Source: a virus (lineage: Duplodnaviria; Caudoviricetes). From it: a DNA stretch of 31,138 nucleotides. The DNA lies in IMG/VR virus record IMGVR_UViG_3300027874_000027, positions 1-31,138 of that record; one strand, given 5' to 3'. Positions 9,640-18,709 of the stretch are shown in pieces. The position numbers and the translations under genes were made by a program. The stretch's first letter is position 1; the number at the start of each line of letters is the position of its first letter. The notes under the pieces are model-generated. The model made no database searches. It was not told where the DNA came from and was given only the letters and a program-made list of their open reading frames with translations.

Positions 9640-10392
9640 TTAGGTCGTCAGTCTCTTCACTGTCATCGGTGAAGTCAACGTCGCGATCAGAATCGCTTCG
9701 CGATAGCTGTCGGGCTTGAACTGACCGCTCTTGTCGATCGACAGAATGCACGGAAACGTGAAGATGTAGCGCACGGGCGCGACCGCTCCAGTGCCGGTGC
9801 CGATGCCCGCTTGCGAGTCGTCTTCACTCTGCAGCTCAAGACTGCCCGGGCGATTCAACGTATTGAGCGCAGTCACGCTGTCATACGTCAGCGCCGGGCA
9901 ATCGTAAGTCACCGTGCACGCAGTCGCATCTGCGATCGTGCTGCCGAGCGGAATGTAGACCTTGCCGCCGCCACGGTCGATGATGTAATCGCCCGGCTCT
10001 GCCTTCGACGTTGGCGTCGTCAGCGACGCGTTGTTCAGCCCATATTTGCCGACGTCAGCAGCAGCGCCTTTCTTCGATGTGAACATGAACGTCGCCGCAG
10101 TGCCTGCGCTCTGCGAGAAGTTCGCGTTCGCGGTGCCTGACCAAAAGAGCGGCAGTGTCGTCGTTGTGAACTCATCAAGCGTGATGTGCCAAGCGCCCAT
10201 CGAGCTGTATGCGTCATAACGATCCATGCTGAGCACGCCGCGACGCGCGCTGTAGTGCTCTTTTCGTTTGATGCCAAAGTCGCTCTCATACATCTGAATG
10301 TTGCCGAGATCGAGGATGTTTGTCGAGCCGGTCGCGGTGAAATAGCCTCGACCGGTGTGTCGCTCTTTCGAGTATGTTGCTCCGTAATCCAT
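9640..10392 (-). CDS. Major tail tube protein
   Basis: 250 aa, Thr/Gly-rich beta protein with an N-terminal GRGYF...DLGN pattern. Position upstream of chaperones and tape measure. Confidence 0.8.
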   Translation of the reverse strand: MDYGATYSKERHTGRGYFTATGSTNILDLGNIQMYESDFGIKRKEHYSARRGVLSMDRYDAYSSMGAWHITLDEFTTTTLPLFWSGTANANFSQSAGTAATFMFTSKKGAAADVGKYGLNNASLTTPTSKAEPGDYIIDRGGGKVYIPLGSTIADATACTVTYDCPALTYDSVTALNTLNRPGSLELQSEDDSQAGIGTGTGAVAPVRYIFTFPCILSIDKSGQFKPDSYREAILIATLTSPMTVKRLTT

Positions 10393-10407
10393 TGTGGGTG
10401 TCCTTTG

Positions 10408-10647
10408 TTAAGTTTGCGCCTCTGATTTTGTTTTCGCTCCCGCCGAGGCAGACGGAAAGTGAAAAGTGTTGATCTCTTTCGTCTCAGAATATTCGCTCAC
10501 GCTGCTCGCTTTGCCATCGAGCGATTCGAGACGCGCGCCGCTTGAGTGCAAGACTTCAGTGATGCGCGCGCGATGCGCCTTGTGATCGTGACCGACGAGC
10601 AGCACTTCAAGTCCGGGCGTGAGAAATTGTGGCAGTGGTTCGTTCAT
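10408..10647 (-). CDS. Hypothetical protein
   Basis: 79-aa ORF filling the gap in the late operon. Confidence 0.65.
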   Translation of the reverse strand: MNEPLPQFLTPGLEVLLVGHDHKAHRARITEVLHSSGARLESLDGKASSVSEYSETKEINTFHFPSASAGAKTKSEAQT

Positions 10648-10651
10648 GTTT

Positions 10652-11125
10652 TTATTTTCCTAATGTTAGTGGTGCGACGAAGTTGACGTTGTAGACCAAG
10701 ATCGGTGTGTCAGCGACGAGCTTGTAGGGCACTTCAGCAAGCTCAATTCGGTCAGCGCGGTGATGCTGCGGCGAGAACAAGTGCAGACGCTTGATCACAA
10801 ACTCGACGAGATCGAGCGATGCGATCTGAGTGCCGCTCGCACCACGATTGATCGTCACATTCTCTTGAATCTGAACCTCGATCGTGCATTGGAACGCCGC
10901 CGGATACACGCCCTGCTGAAAAGTTTTGCCACCACCGGGTGTCATCACGGTGCCGACGATGCCCATCGCGCCTAGTCGTTTCTCGATATTGTTCATCAAG
11001 TCGCCAATGTCCTCGGTGAGCCAGTTGATCTGAGTGCCGCTCGCCGGCGTGAGCGACGGCACCGCCGGGTCGCTCGCAGTCAAGCGTGCGATGATCGCGT
11101 TCTGCAGATTGACGAGCTGACTCAT
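10652..11125 (-). CDS. Putative tail terminator / tail completion protein
   Basis: 157 aa, N-terminal helix (LQNAIIARL) followed by beta strands. Synteny. Confidence 0.6.
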   Translation of the reverse strand: MSQLVNLQNAIIARLTASDPAVPSLTPASGTQINWLTEDIGDLMNNIEKRLGAMGIVGTVMTPGGGKTFQQGVYPAAFQCTIEVQIQENVTINRGASGTQIASLDLVEFVIKRLHLFSPQHHRADRIELAEVPYKLVADTPILVYNVNFVAPLTLGK

Positions 11126-11601
11126 CGCGCTGTCTCCTCAAGCAGTTTGTCGATCTCATAGGCGATCTCTTCGCCAATGAAGTCTTTGTTCTCTTCGATG
11201 CCAGTGCGCACGGGCGCGCGCTCAGGGAACTCAAGTCGATAGGGCTTGCCACCGCCGCGCACGACATCGTCTTTCACAAAGCCATACTCGTGCAGAAAAC
11301 CGTAGAAGATGCTCGAACCGATCTCACCGGTGATCGTCTTGCCGCCGTCAGTGATCACTGCTTTTGATTCAAGCAGCGACTCTTTCAGCTTTCCTCTCAC
11401 TTCGCCGAGTCTGCGCTGCTCAGGCGGAAACGGACCCTTGCCGCTCAAACGCGTCTTCTGAATGCGCCCGCGCACGATCGAGAGCGCGTAGTCCATGCCG
11501 CGCGCGATCGCTTGCGGCACGCCCTCAGGCAACAGCACGAGCTTCTTGATGCGCTCTTGCGTCTCGCGCGGAATCTCAATCGTCATCGCAGCGTGTTTCA
11601 T
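11122..11601 (-). CDS. Neck / tail completion protein (Mu gpG / HK97 gp10-like)
   Basis: GKLKESL, GSSIFYGFLHEYG and FPERAP match the G.L..S...Y...HE.G...P.RP pattern. Confidence 0.75.
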   Translation of the reverse strand: MKHAAMTIEIPRETQERIKKLVLLPEGVPQAIARGMDYALSIVRGRIQKTRLSGKGPFPPEQRRLGEVRGKLKESLLESKAVITDGGKTITGEIGSSIFYGFLHEYGFVKDDVVRGGGKPYRLEFPERAPVRTGIEENKDFIGEEIAYEIDKLLEETAR

Positions 11602-12452
11602 TCTTCTTGTGCGTCGTAGTCCTCTTGTGTTGCTGGAATCGCAATGCAGTTGCAGTTGATCACGTCTTCGGCGCTCCCGTTCTCGTCGTGCGGATACATC
11701 AGCGGCGGATCGCCCACCGGGAACGCTTCGTCAAATGGCACGATCAGCCCGTCGATCGCGAGATGATCTTCACGCGGCACTTTCGAGATTTCAGAGTGAA
11801 TCCACTGCTTGTATTCGACGCCCGCTTCTTCAGCAGAAGCGTTCGCGGCGTAAGCGTAAGCCGCGCTCGTCTCAGTGTCGGCGATCAGCTCAGCGCGCTC
11901 GCTCGTGAAGTCGTCGAAGATCGCAAGCACGCGATCAGAAAGATCAGCGAGCGACTCGTTCTGATTCATGCCCTCGCTCAGCTCGCGCTGCACGTCTGCG
12001 AACAACTCGTCGGGCAGCCCACTGATCAAGTTCTCGCGACGCGCGATCAGATCGAGCACGTCTTGCGCGGGCAGCTCCCACGGTGAGTGATAGTTGAGCG
12101 CGTCGAGCGTGCCTTGACGCGCGTCATCGAGCATGTCGGGCAGCTCTTGTCGCATCAGTTGAATCAAGTCTTGACGCAGCTGATCGCGATCGAACGCGAC
12201 GCCCGGCGGTGCGTCCTGCCCAACGAGCGGGCGGTGCTTGAACATGAAGCGATGCAGCTTTCGCAGTGTCTCGTGCTTCGCGAACTTCAGCACGCGCACG
12301 AGCGATTTCTTGAAGCGTCGCTTCAGTCTCGCGCGCGTGCGCTCGAATGAAGTTATTTGCCGCACTCGGCGCGTCGATGAGCAAAGCACAGAGACTAAAG
12401 CCCGAGCCTCTGTCGGAGGTAGCGCCGAGGCGGCAAAAAGTAGTCGGTTCAT
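11598..12452 (-). CDS. Head morphogenesis / minor head protein (Mu gpF / SPP1 gp7 family)
   Basis: RAELIADTET, KQW, REDHLAIDG, YPHD and INCNC. Start at ATG 12452 (ATGA overlap with the upstream stop). Confidence 0.88.
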   Translation of the reverse strand: MNRLLFAASALPPTEARALVSVLCSSTRRVRQITSFERTRARLKRRFKKSLVRVLKFAKHETLRKLHRFMFKHRPLVGQDAPPGVAFDRDQLRQDLIQLMRQELPDMLDDARQGTLDALNYHSPWELPAQDVLDLIARRENLISGLPDELFADVQRELSEGMNQNESLADLSDRVLAIFDDFTSERAELIADTETSAAYAYAANASAEEAGVEYKQWIHSEISKVPREDHLAIDGLIVPFDEAFPVGDPPLMYPHDENGSAEDVINCNCIAIPATQEDYDAQEE

Positions 12453-12871
12453 GGCGGTGGCACGTTCTCGGTGATCATCGCGATGCGCTGCGCGCTGCCC
12501 CACTTGCCGACGCTGAGCGGCGGAAGCGTCGTCGCGCCCTGCGTCACAGCGCTCAGTTCTTTCGCGATGTCGCGCAGATGCGCAAGCGCGTCGTCTTTCT
12601 CTTTCTTTCTGATGTCGGTGAGCAGCGTGCCCGTCGGGTCTTGCGCGAGATAGCTGTAGCGCGCGATCACGATCGCATCATCAACGCACTCTGGCGGCAC
12701 ACCCGTCGCTTCAACAATGTTGCCGCCGCCCGCGACGTAACCACGCACGAAGTCGCACGCTGACTGCATACACGTGTCGAGGTCTTGCAGCGGCGTCGCG
12801 TTCGCCATGATCGTGCGCTCAGTGTCGAGCAAGCGAATGTTGTCGCCGGTGAGTGTTTTCCAGTTCGCCAT
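12449..12871 (-). CDS. Head-tail adaptor (Mu gp36 / DUF1320-like)
   Basis: 140 aa with the pattern ACDFVRGY...IARY...DALAHLRDIA. Synteny. Confidence 0.7.
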   Translation of the reverse strand: MANWKTLTGDNIRLLDTERTIMANATPLQDLDTCMQSACDFVRGYVAGGGNIVEATGVPPECVDDAIVIARYSYLAQDPTGTLLTDIRKKEKDDALAHLRDIAKELSAVTQGATTLPPLSVGKWGSAQRIAMITENVPPP

Positions 12872-12872
12872 G

Positions 12873-13526
12873 TCAGTTCGTCGTCTTCTCGAAAAGCCCC
12901 ATGTCCCAGCCGCCCTTCACGCGGTTCGCGTTCATCTTCTTCACAAATTGCCAGCCGCTGCGGCGCCCGCTCATCAGACCAAGCTCTGCGACTGCGCCCA
13001 TCACGTCGAGACCTGTCGGGCAGTGCGGCTGATAGTGCCCACGCTGATCTTCATCGAAGTCGTGAAACATGATGATCGAGTTCTTCTGCATGAACGCTTC
13101 AAGCGCGAGAAAGTCGAGCATCACGCATGGCTTGCCATGACAACCGTCGATCATTGCGAACTGAATCGGCGCTTGCCACAACTCAGTCAAGAAGCTCTGC
13201 GAGTCTTTGAAATAAACAGTCACCGCAGACCACGCTGGGTGCACGATCGCGCCGTTCGGTGAGACGAAGTTGAGCGTGACGTCGCGTGCTTTCGCCCAGT
13301 CGATCGTCTTCTGACGGTCGAACGAGTAACCGTTCGGCAGCTCGACGCCAATCGCGCGCCACTGCTTGCCGCTCTCTTTGAGCGTTGACGCGATCGCACT
13401 CAGAGTCGCGCCTTCACCGACACCGATCTCGATGTAAGTGACGCTGTTGAAGCGCTGCGTGATCTCGCGCGCGCACTCGATGATCTGATCTTCAATTCCG
13501 CCCATACCAAAGCCCATTTGCATCAT
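12873..13526 (-). CDS. Class I SAM-dependent methyltransferase (Methyltransf_24-like)
   Basis: YIEIGVGEG (motif I), IDGCH and IMFHD. Confidence 0.82.
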   Translation of the reverse strand: MMQMGFGMGGIEDQIIECAREITQRFNSVTYIEIGVGEGATLSAIASTLKESGKQWRAIGVELPNGYSFDRQKTIDWAKARDVTLNFVSPNGAIVHPAWSAVTVYFKDSQSFLTELWQAPIQFAMIDGCHGKPCVMLDFLALEAFMQKNSIIMFHDFDEDQRGHYQPHCPTGLDVMGAVAELGLMSGRRSGWQFVKKMNANRVKGGWDMGLFEKTTN

Positions 13527-14359
13527 GTTAAGTCTCCGACAAGTGTTGCTGCTTCTTCTTGCTCAAGCTGCGCGAGCGCGAAGCCCGCCACCTCTTCAGG
13601 CAGCGTGCGATACAGCTCAAGACATCCAACTTCACACGACGCGCGAAAGTTCGGGCGCAAACAATGACAGCCCGCGCAGTCGAGCGCTTTCTTTCGATAG
13701 CTGATCACTTCAGGAATGTGCGCGTAGATGCGCTCAGTCGTTGCGCCTTGAATCGCGATCGTCTTCGTGCCAATCGTGCCCGCGAGGTGGGCGGGTCCGC
13801 TGTCATTGCCGATCACCAAGCGCGCACTCTGCATCGCAGCGGCGATGTAGTTCCAGTTCTGCCCGACGATGCAGTGAAACGGCATGAAGAACGCGTAGTC
13901 ACGCTGCTCAGTCACGACTTTCACGCTGTAGCCAGCGTCACGCAGAATCAGACCAAGCTCGACAAAGTAGTTGCGCGGCCACGTTCTCACGGGCGAATAC
14001 GACGACGGAAAGATGAGCACTTCTGCGCTGTCGCGACGACCCATCTCGCGATCCATCGGCACGAGATTGAGTCTCGGACGTTTCGGCTGTGCGGTGACGC
14101 CGAGGTGGTACGCCATCCACTGCAAGTATGAGAGCGGCGAGTCGTTCTTCACTGCTGTCTCGTAGCCTTGATGCGTGAGTCTCGCGCCGGTCGGGTCGTT
14201 CGTGACACTCAGTTGAAACATCTTGAGCATCTCGGCTCTCCAGTCGGTGGCAAAGAACTCGATGTCATCGCCTGCGGCGACGCAGCCCTCGCCGAGCCAC
14301 GCGAAGCAGACGATGTCACCAACGCCTTTGAACCAGCCATTGTATGTGTCGATCTTCAT
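13523..14359 (-). CDS. Glycosyltransferase family 9 (heptosyltransferase-like)
   Basis: GVGDIV at the N-terminus, RTWP, IGNDSGPAHLAG and C-terminal CxxC...C. Confidence 0.88.
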   Translation of the reverse strand: MKIDTYNGWFKGVGDIVCFAWLGEGCVAAGDDIEFFATDWRAEMLKMFQLSVTNDPTGARLTHQGYETAVKNDSPLSYLQWMAYHLGVTAQPKRPRLNLVPMDREMGRRDSAEVLIFPSSYSPVRTWPRNYFVELGLILRDAGYSVKVVTEQRDYAFFMPFHCIVGQNWNYIAAAMQSARLVIGNDSGPAHLAGTIGTKTIAIQGATTERIYAHIPEVISYRKKALDCAGCHCLRPNFRASCEVGCLELYRTLPEEVAGFALAQLEQEEAATLVGDLT

Positions 14360-14364
14360 CAGTG

Positions 14365-14453
14365 TTACTCAAACGCGCCCCAAGCGCTGCGTTCGGATCT
14401 CTCCGTTTCCCTTGGGTTCTGATGTTCGCCTAACTTGAAGCGCGAATGAGTAA
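14365..14453 (-). ncRNA. Putative cis-acting structured RNA in the capsid-GT9 intergenic region
   Basis: On the minus strand UUACUCA/UGAGUAA (7 bp) and CGCGCUUCAAG/CUUGGGGCGCG (11 bp, two G-U) enclose a CGGA-GAGA-UCCG GNRA hairpin. Confidence 0.6.
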
Positions 14454-14470
14454 GCTGTTCCTCCAATCTG

Positions 14471-16618
14471 TTATCGAGCTGAACCAGTTCCAGCTGCGGC
14501 TTTGATCAGTTGTCCTGCGGCAGTCTGACCTGCAGCAGTGCCATACATCAGCGCAATGCGCGACGTTGCAGTGCCGAGCGTGTGATTGACATACTGTACC
14601 TGCATCACCGTGATGTTGATGTCAGGGTCAGTCACCATCTGCACGTTCCCGAACGAAGCGCCGGGCAGCACGCTCGTGTAATCGTTCGGCGTGCGCGTCG
14701 CAATGCAGAGCGCGCTCTTCGAGCCGGCAAAGCCGACCAAGTTCGCGTTGTTGCTCGGCATGTTCGGTGCGCTGTAGATGTTGAACGCTTCAACACTGAT
14801 CGCGAATGCGCTCGCGGGCGTGACTCCATCAGTCACGATCTCAGGGCGCGGCACGTTCGTCGCGAACTGCACCATCGAGGAATCTTTCTCAAGGTTACCG
14901 AACGCAGCTGGCCAGAGCAGCATCGTGCGGTTGCCAAGCCCGAGCGGCACGCCGCGCGTGCTCAGAGCAACGCCGATGTCAACGCAAGTCGCGCGATTGA
15001 ACGCTGTGCTCGCGCTCACGGTGTTGTTCGTGTAGTTCGCGTCAGTCAATCTCGTGTAGAGATTGTCGACCATGTCTTTGCCAAGCGCGTAGGCGCTCGC
15101 CTCTGCGAACTCGTCGAACAAGCGACGCATCGTCGATGCGAGCAAGTTCTCGTTGAACGTGATTGGCACACCCTTGTGCTGGTCGATCTTGATCGTCACG
15201 TCGGTCGTTTGCGCGTTCGTGTCTGCCCACCCAGTCGCAGTCGAGTAGGTGACAACCGTTGGCACAGTGATGATGCGCGTCACGATCGTCTGATTGAACG
15301 TCGCCGGTTGATCTGAGAAGTCAGTCGTGAAGCGCGTGAGCGGCGGGAAGATGAACTTCAGCAGCTCAAGCGTTCGCAACGTCACGAGCGTGCCCGCGAT
15401 CGTGCCGAGGTTCGCATCCGTCACATCAGCAGCTTTGATCGCATCGCTCGCGACACTCAGACGAGTGCCGATCAAGCGATTGCGCAGCTCTGCGTTCTTC
15501 GGCGTGTCTTTGAACGCGCCAGCGTAGATCGCGCTGAACTCTTCAGCGCAGCGACGCTTGTCTTCCATCGAGCTGGCGTGAATCGCCTCTTGCTGAATGC
15601 GCGCGAGCTTCCCATACACGTTGAACGGATCCTCGACACTGATCGAGACGTCACGGTTAGACGAGACGATCGGACTGAAGCGCTTCTTGAGCGCGTCGTT
15701 CGCGCTCGGAATCGCGCGAATCATCGGAATGAACGTGCCCGGGTCAGCGCTGATCTGCACGCGCCACTTCTCTTGCGTGACGATGTCTTTCGGTAAGATC
15801 GCACCACGCGCGACTGCCGCCTTGATCTCGTTCTCTGCGTCAGCGCGATTGCGCTTGTTGATCTGATCAGCAAGCAGCACGTTCTTCGCGCGCACTTCTG
15901 CAGCTTCAACCTCAAGCGCTGCAGCTTTCGCTTCTGCTTCAGCAGCACTCAACTTCACTTTCGCGCCTTCATCGCCTGCATTCGCAGCGACGATCGCGCG
16001 TTGCTTCTCAACTTCTTTCTCAAGCTCCTCGTTCTTCGCCCGGAGCTGTGCGAGTTCTTCTTCGTTTGTCATTGTAGTCTCTCCATTGTTTGGTTTTTTG
16101 TCTTGCTCCGGCGTCTCACCGGCATTTTTTGCCCACAAGGGCAAAGCTGAAAAGGCGGGGTCGTTGACCAAGCCGCCCATGTTCGGACTTGCACTCACGC
16201 AGCACACGACTTTGCACGGCTCTTTGCGCTTGTCGTCAACGTGAAAGACAGGCGAGAACGCTCTGAAGTCTTTGCCCTCGACCGCTTTGCGCCCGCTCGC
16301 AGACCAGTCGCCTTTGGCGACTACGCCTTCGCCGGCGCGCCAGTGAAACGAACTCGGCCAGAACGACGCGCGTCCGTCTTCGTGATTGAAATCGAAATAG
16401 ACGCGCTTGTCAGTGCGCGCTTCGATCTCGCTGCGCTGCTGCTCGATCGCGCCTGCAGTGTTCGCATCGACAAGCACTTTGATGGGCTTGCCGATACCGC
16501 CTTGCACGGGCGTGATCGCGTGCAGACCGCTCGGCAAGAACACGATCTCGTTGCGCGAGATGCGATCAAGCTGAACAGCAGCGCGACACTCGATCGGCGT
16601 GTTGTTCTCGTCACTCAT
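14471..16618 (-). CDS. Prohead protease-scaffold-major capsid polyprotein
   Basis: N-terminal Mu gpI-like protease motifs (YFDFNH, FSPVF, GLVNDPAF), a central Ala/Glu/Lys coiled coil, and a C-terminal ~320-aa capsid-like domain. No other capsid gene is present. Confidence 0.85.
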   Translation of the reverse strand: MSDENNTPIECRAAVQLDRISRNEIVFLPSGLHAITPVQGGIGKPIKVLVDANTAGAIEQQRSEIEARTDKRVYFDFNHEDGRASFWPSSFHWRAGEGVVAKGDWSASGRKAVEGKDFRAFSPVFHVDDKRKEPCKVVCCVSASPNMGGLVNDPAFSALPLWAKNAGETPEQDKKPNNGETTMTNEEELAQLRAKNEELEKEVEKQRAIVAANAGDEGAKVKLSAAEAEAKAAALEVEAAEVRAKNVLLADQINKRNRADAENEIKAAVARGAILPKDIVTQEKWRVQISADPGTFIPMIRAIPSANDALKKRFSPIVSSNRDVSISVEDPFNVYGKLARIQQEAIHASSMEDKRRCAEEFSAIYAGAFKDTPKNAELRNRLIGTRLSVASDAIKAADVTDANLGTIAGTLVTLRTLELLKFIFPPLTRFTTDFSDQPATFNQTIVTRIITVPTVVTYSTATGWADTNAQTTDVTIKIDQHKGVPITFNENLLASTMRRLFDEFAEASAYALGKDMVDNLYTRLTDANYTNNTVSASTAFNRATCVDIGVALSTRGVPLGLGNRTMLLWPAAFGNLEKDSSMVQFATNVPRPEIVTDGVTPASAFAISVEAFNIYSAPNMPSNNANLVGFAGSKSALCIATRTPNDYTSVLPGASFGNVQMVTDPDINITVMQVQYVNHTLGTATSRIALMYGTAAGQTAAGQLIKAAAGTGSAR

Positions 16619-16827
16619 GTCGCGAACTTCAGCCGCAGAGCGACGTCATCTTCACTCAGCGTCGCTGTTGCAGCAGGCTTCTCTTGCTCGGGCGCCGGCT
16701 CGGGCGCTGGTTCGGGCGCCGGTTGCGGTTCAGGTAGCGGCGCCTCTTCGATCGTTGTTTCTTCGTTTGCAGTTGTCATTGGTTTCGGTCTCCTTTTGTC
16801 TTTTTTCGGTGGTGACTTTTTTTTCAT
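16615..16827 (-). CDS. Hypothetical basic / Pro-Glu-rich low-complexity protein
   Basis: 70 aa, ATGA-coupled on both sides; KKKSPPKK followed by PEPA repeats. Confidence 0.65.
   Translation of the reverse strand: MKKKSPPKKDKRRPKPMTTANEETTIEEAPLPEPQPAPEPAPEPAPEQEKPAATATLSEDDVALRLKFAT
16686..16721. repeat. 12-bp tandem repeat x3 (PAPE coding)
   Basis: gctcgggcgccg / gctcgggcgctg / gttcgggcgccg. Confidence 0.8.
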
Positions 16828-17105
16828 ATTCGCTTCGTCCCAAAAAGCGCAGTGATCTGAACTTCGGTCTGACTCGTCGTCGGTGGCGTGTCGAACACGA
16901 GCAGAGCGTTCAAGCCATCTGCTTGCAGCGTGATCGTTCCGCCACCGGGCGCGGGTCCAACCTTCACGGGATTGACGAAGCCAGTCGGCGTCGCTTGATC
17001 GACAAACGGGTCTGGCGCTTTCAAGCCGCGCAACGGAATCAGAATCTGCGTCTCGACGCCATCGCCGACAATGTTGAACACGTATGTTGCTGCACCGTTG
17101 ATCAT
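16824..17105 (-). CDS. Hypothetical protein (small, beta-rich, possibly virion decoration)
   Basis: 93 aa, ATGA-coupled to the portal gene. Confidence 0.65.
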   Translation of the reverse strand: MINGAATYVFNIVGDGVETQILIPLRGLKAPDPFVDQATPTGFVNPVKVGPAPGGGTITLQADGLNALLVFDTPPTTSQTEVQITALFGTKRI

Positions 17106-18709
17106 GTTTTTTCTCCGTCGTTCACGAGTTCACTGCTCAAGCGCTTCAGTTCGCGCCCAAAAATTTCGTCATCAGTGATCAGCGCAATCTTTTCGAGCTT
17201 CGCTTGCACTTCTTTCGCTTTCTCTTCTTTGCGCGTTTGCTGCTGCTGACTCACGGGCTGTCCTTGCTGCGCTTTCTCTTGCAGCGGCGTCGGCGGCGCG
17301 ACCGGCGGCTTCAGCGCAGGCGGTTGCAGCACTTCTTCATCTCCCTCGGGCTCAGGGATTGAATACTTCTTGCGCATGTGCGAGAGCGGAATCGGCAGTC
17401 CAATGTTCGCGAGAATCTGATCACGCTGCGCGTCTTGATACGTGCCCTCGTTCTCTTGCAAGAAGCGACAGATCGGACACTCATCTTCGTTGCCGTAGTT
17501 CAAGCGCAAGATCGACGGAATCAGCTGCTCGTTGAAGATCGCTGCGACATACGCGCTCGCAGCTTCGAGTCGATCTTGCTTGAGCTGCGACTCGACGGTG
17601 CCGAACGCTTGCCCGCCTTTGCCGCTTGTCATGGTCGTGCCCGTCATCGTTTGACCGAGAATCAAGCTGCGCGCGTAACGATCAGCGCGATCGAGCAGAC
17701 TGTCTTGCGGCGAGTGCCCACCGCGTTCGCCGATGTCTTTCAGCTCCATCACCGTGCCTTCAGGGAACGCCGCCCAGCCTGCACTGCCCATGTTCGCGAG
17801 CATGTCGCAGATCGCTGCGATCGTCGCGTCAGCTGTCGCTGTCGGGTAGTTCGCCCAGCGAAATGGAAGGCCGAACACTTGCGCGAGATTGAGCAGCCAA
17901 TCGCTTGAGAAGTTCGCAGCGCACCACCACCACGCGAGCGAGCGCAACATGGGACCGCCGAGCGGGCTGCCGCTCTTCACTTTGTGAATGCCAACGAGAA
18001 ATTTGTCGGGCGGGAAAGGCACGAGCTGCATCTGCGTCGGCGCAACGTAGAGCGACGTGTCCGTGTAGTATTGCGCTGTGTTGTAGCCGAGCACGCCGTC
18101 TTGATTGAAGCCATACGTCTGCGGTTGCACCCATGCAGTCGCGCGCGGCCCCGTTGCAGTGCCGCTTGTGCCCGTGTCGATCGTTTGCCACATCACTTCT
18201 GCGCAGACGACGCCTCTGAACCAGCCGTCCATGAGATCAGCGACGGTCTCGCGCAAGCCGTTCTCGTCTTGCGTCACATCAGGCTGCATTCGACGCAGCA
18301 CTGCGCTCACGAGCTTCGTGCGCTCGATCGCGCTCGCGCTCGGCTTCTCGTCTTCTTCAGTGAACGGGTCAAAGATGATCTCGCGTCGTGTGACGCCATA
18401 GGTCAGCTCTTGCACGCACGCGTTCAGCTCTGGCCACGTGTCGATCATCAGATCGAAGAGCTGATACTGCTGCACGTGATTGCCCGCGAGCGCGCCGCGC
18501 AGAATCATCTCAAGATATGTCGGCGTGATCGCGCCAACGCTTGGCAGAATCCAGTTGAACTGGTTGGCGCGCGTTGTGCGTCGCTTGAGCGTGTTGAGCG
18601 GGAGCTTCATCGTCGATTGCGCGTCAATCGCTTTCACGCCGTTCGTGCGCGCTGTGAAGCGCCCGCCCGCACCACGCTTTGAGTGTCGTTTGCTCGCGAT
18701 TCTGTTCAT
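17102..18709 (-). CDS. Portal protein (Mu gp29 / DUF935 family)
   Basis: 535 aa after TerL. WLLNLAQVFGLPFRWANY and ILGQTMT...GQAFGTV are DUF935-like. Confidence 0.92.
   Translation of the reverse strand: MNRIASKRHSKRGAGGRFTARTNGVKAIDAQSTMKLPLNTLKRRTTRANQFNWILPSVGAITPTYLEMILRGALAGNHVQQYQLFDLMIDTWPELNACVQELTYGVTRREIIFDPFTEEDEKPSASAIERTKLVSAVLRRMQPDVTQDENGLRETVADLMDGWFRGVVCAEVMWQTIDTGTSGTATGPRATAWVQPQTYGFNQDGVLGYNTAQYYTDTSLYVAPTQMQLVPFPPDKFLVGIHKVKSGSPLGGPMLRSLAWWWCAANFSSDWLLNLAQVFGLPFRWANYPTATADATIAAICDMLANMGSAGWAAFPEGTVMELKDIGERGGHSPQDSLLDRADRYARSLILGQTMTGTTMTSGKGGQAFGTVESQLKQDRLEAASAYVAAIFNEQLIPSILRLNYGNEDECPICRFLQENEGTYQDAQRDQILANIGLPIPLSHMRKKYSIPEPEGDEEVLQPPALKPPVAPPTPLQEKAQQGQPVSQQQQTRKEEKAKEVQAKLEKIALITDDEIFGRELKRLSSELVNDGEKT

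Noticed and set aside
14350-14425. Hammerhead ribozyme (GAAAC and CUGAUGA on the minus strand)
   Set aside because: The stem after GAAA is followed by AA rather than the required UH, and no stem II can be formed.
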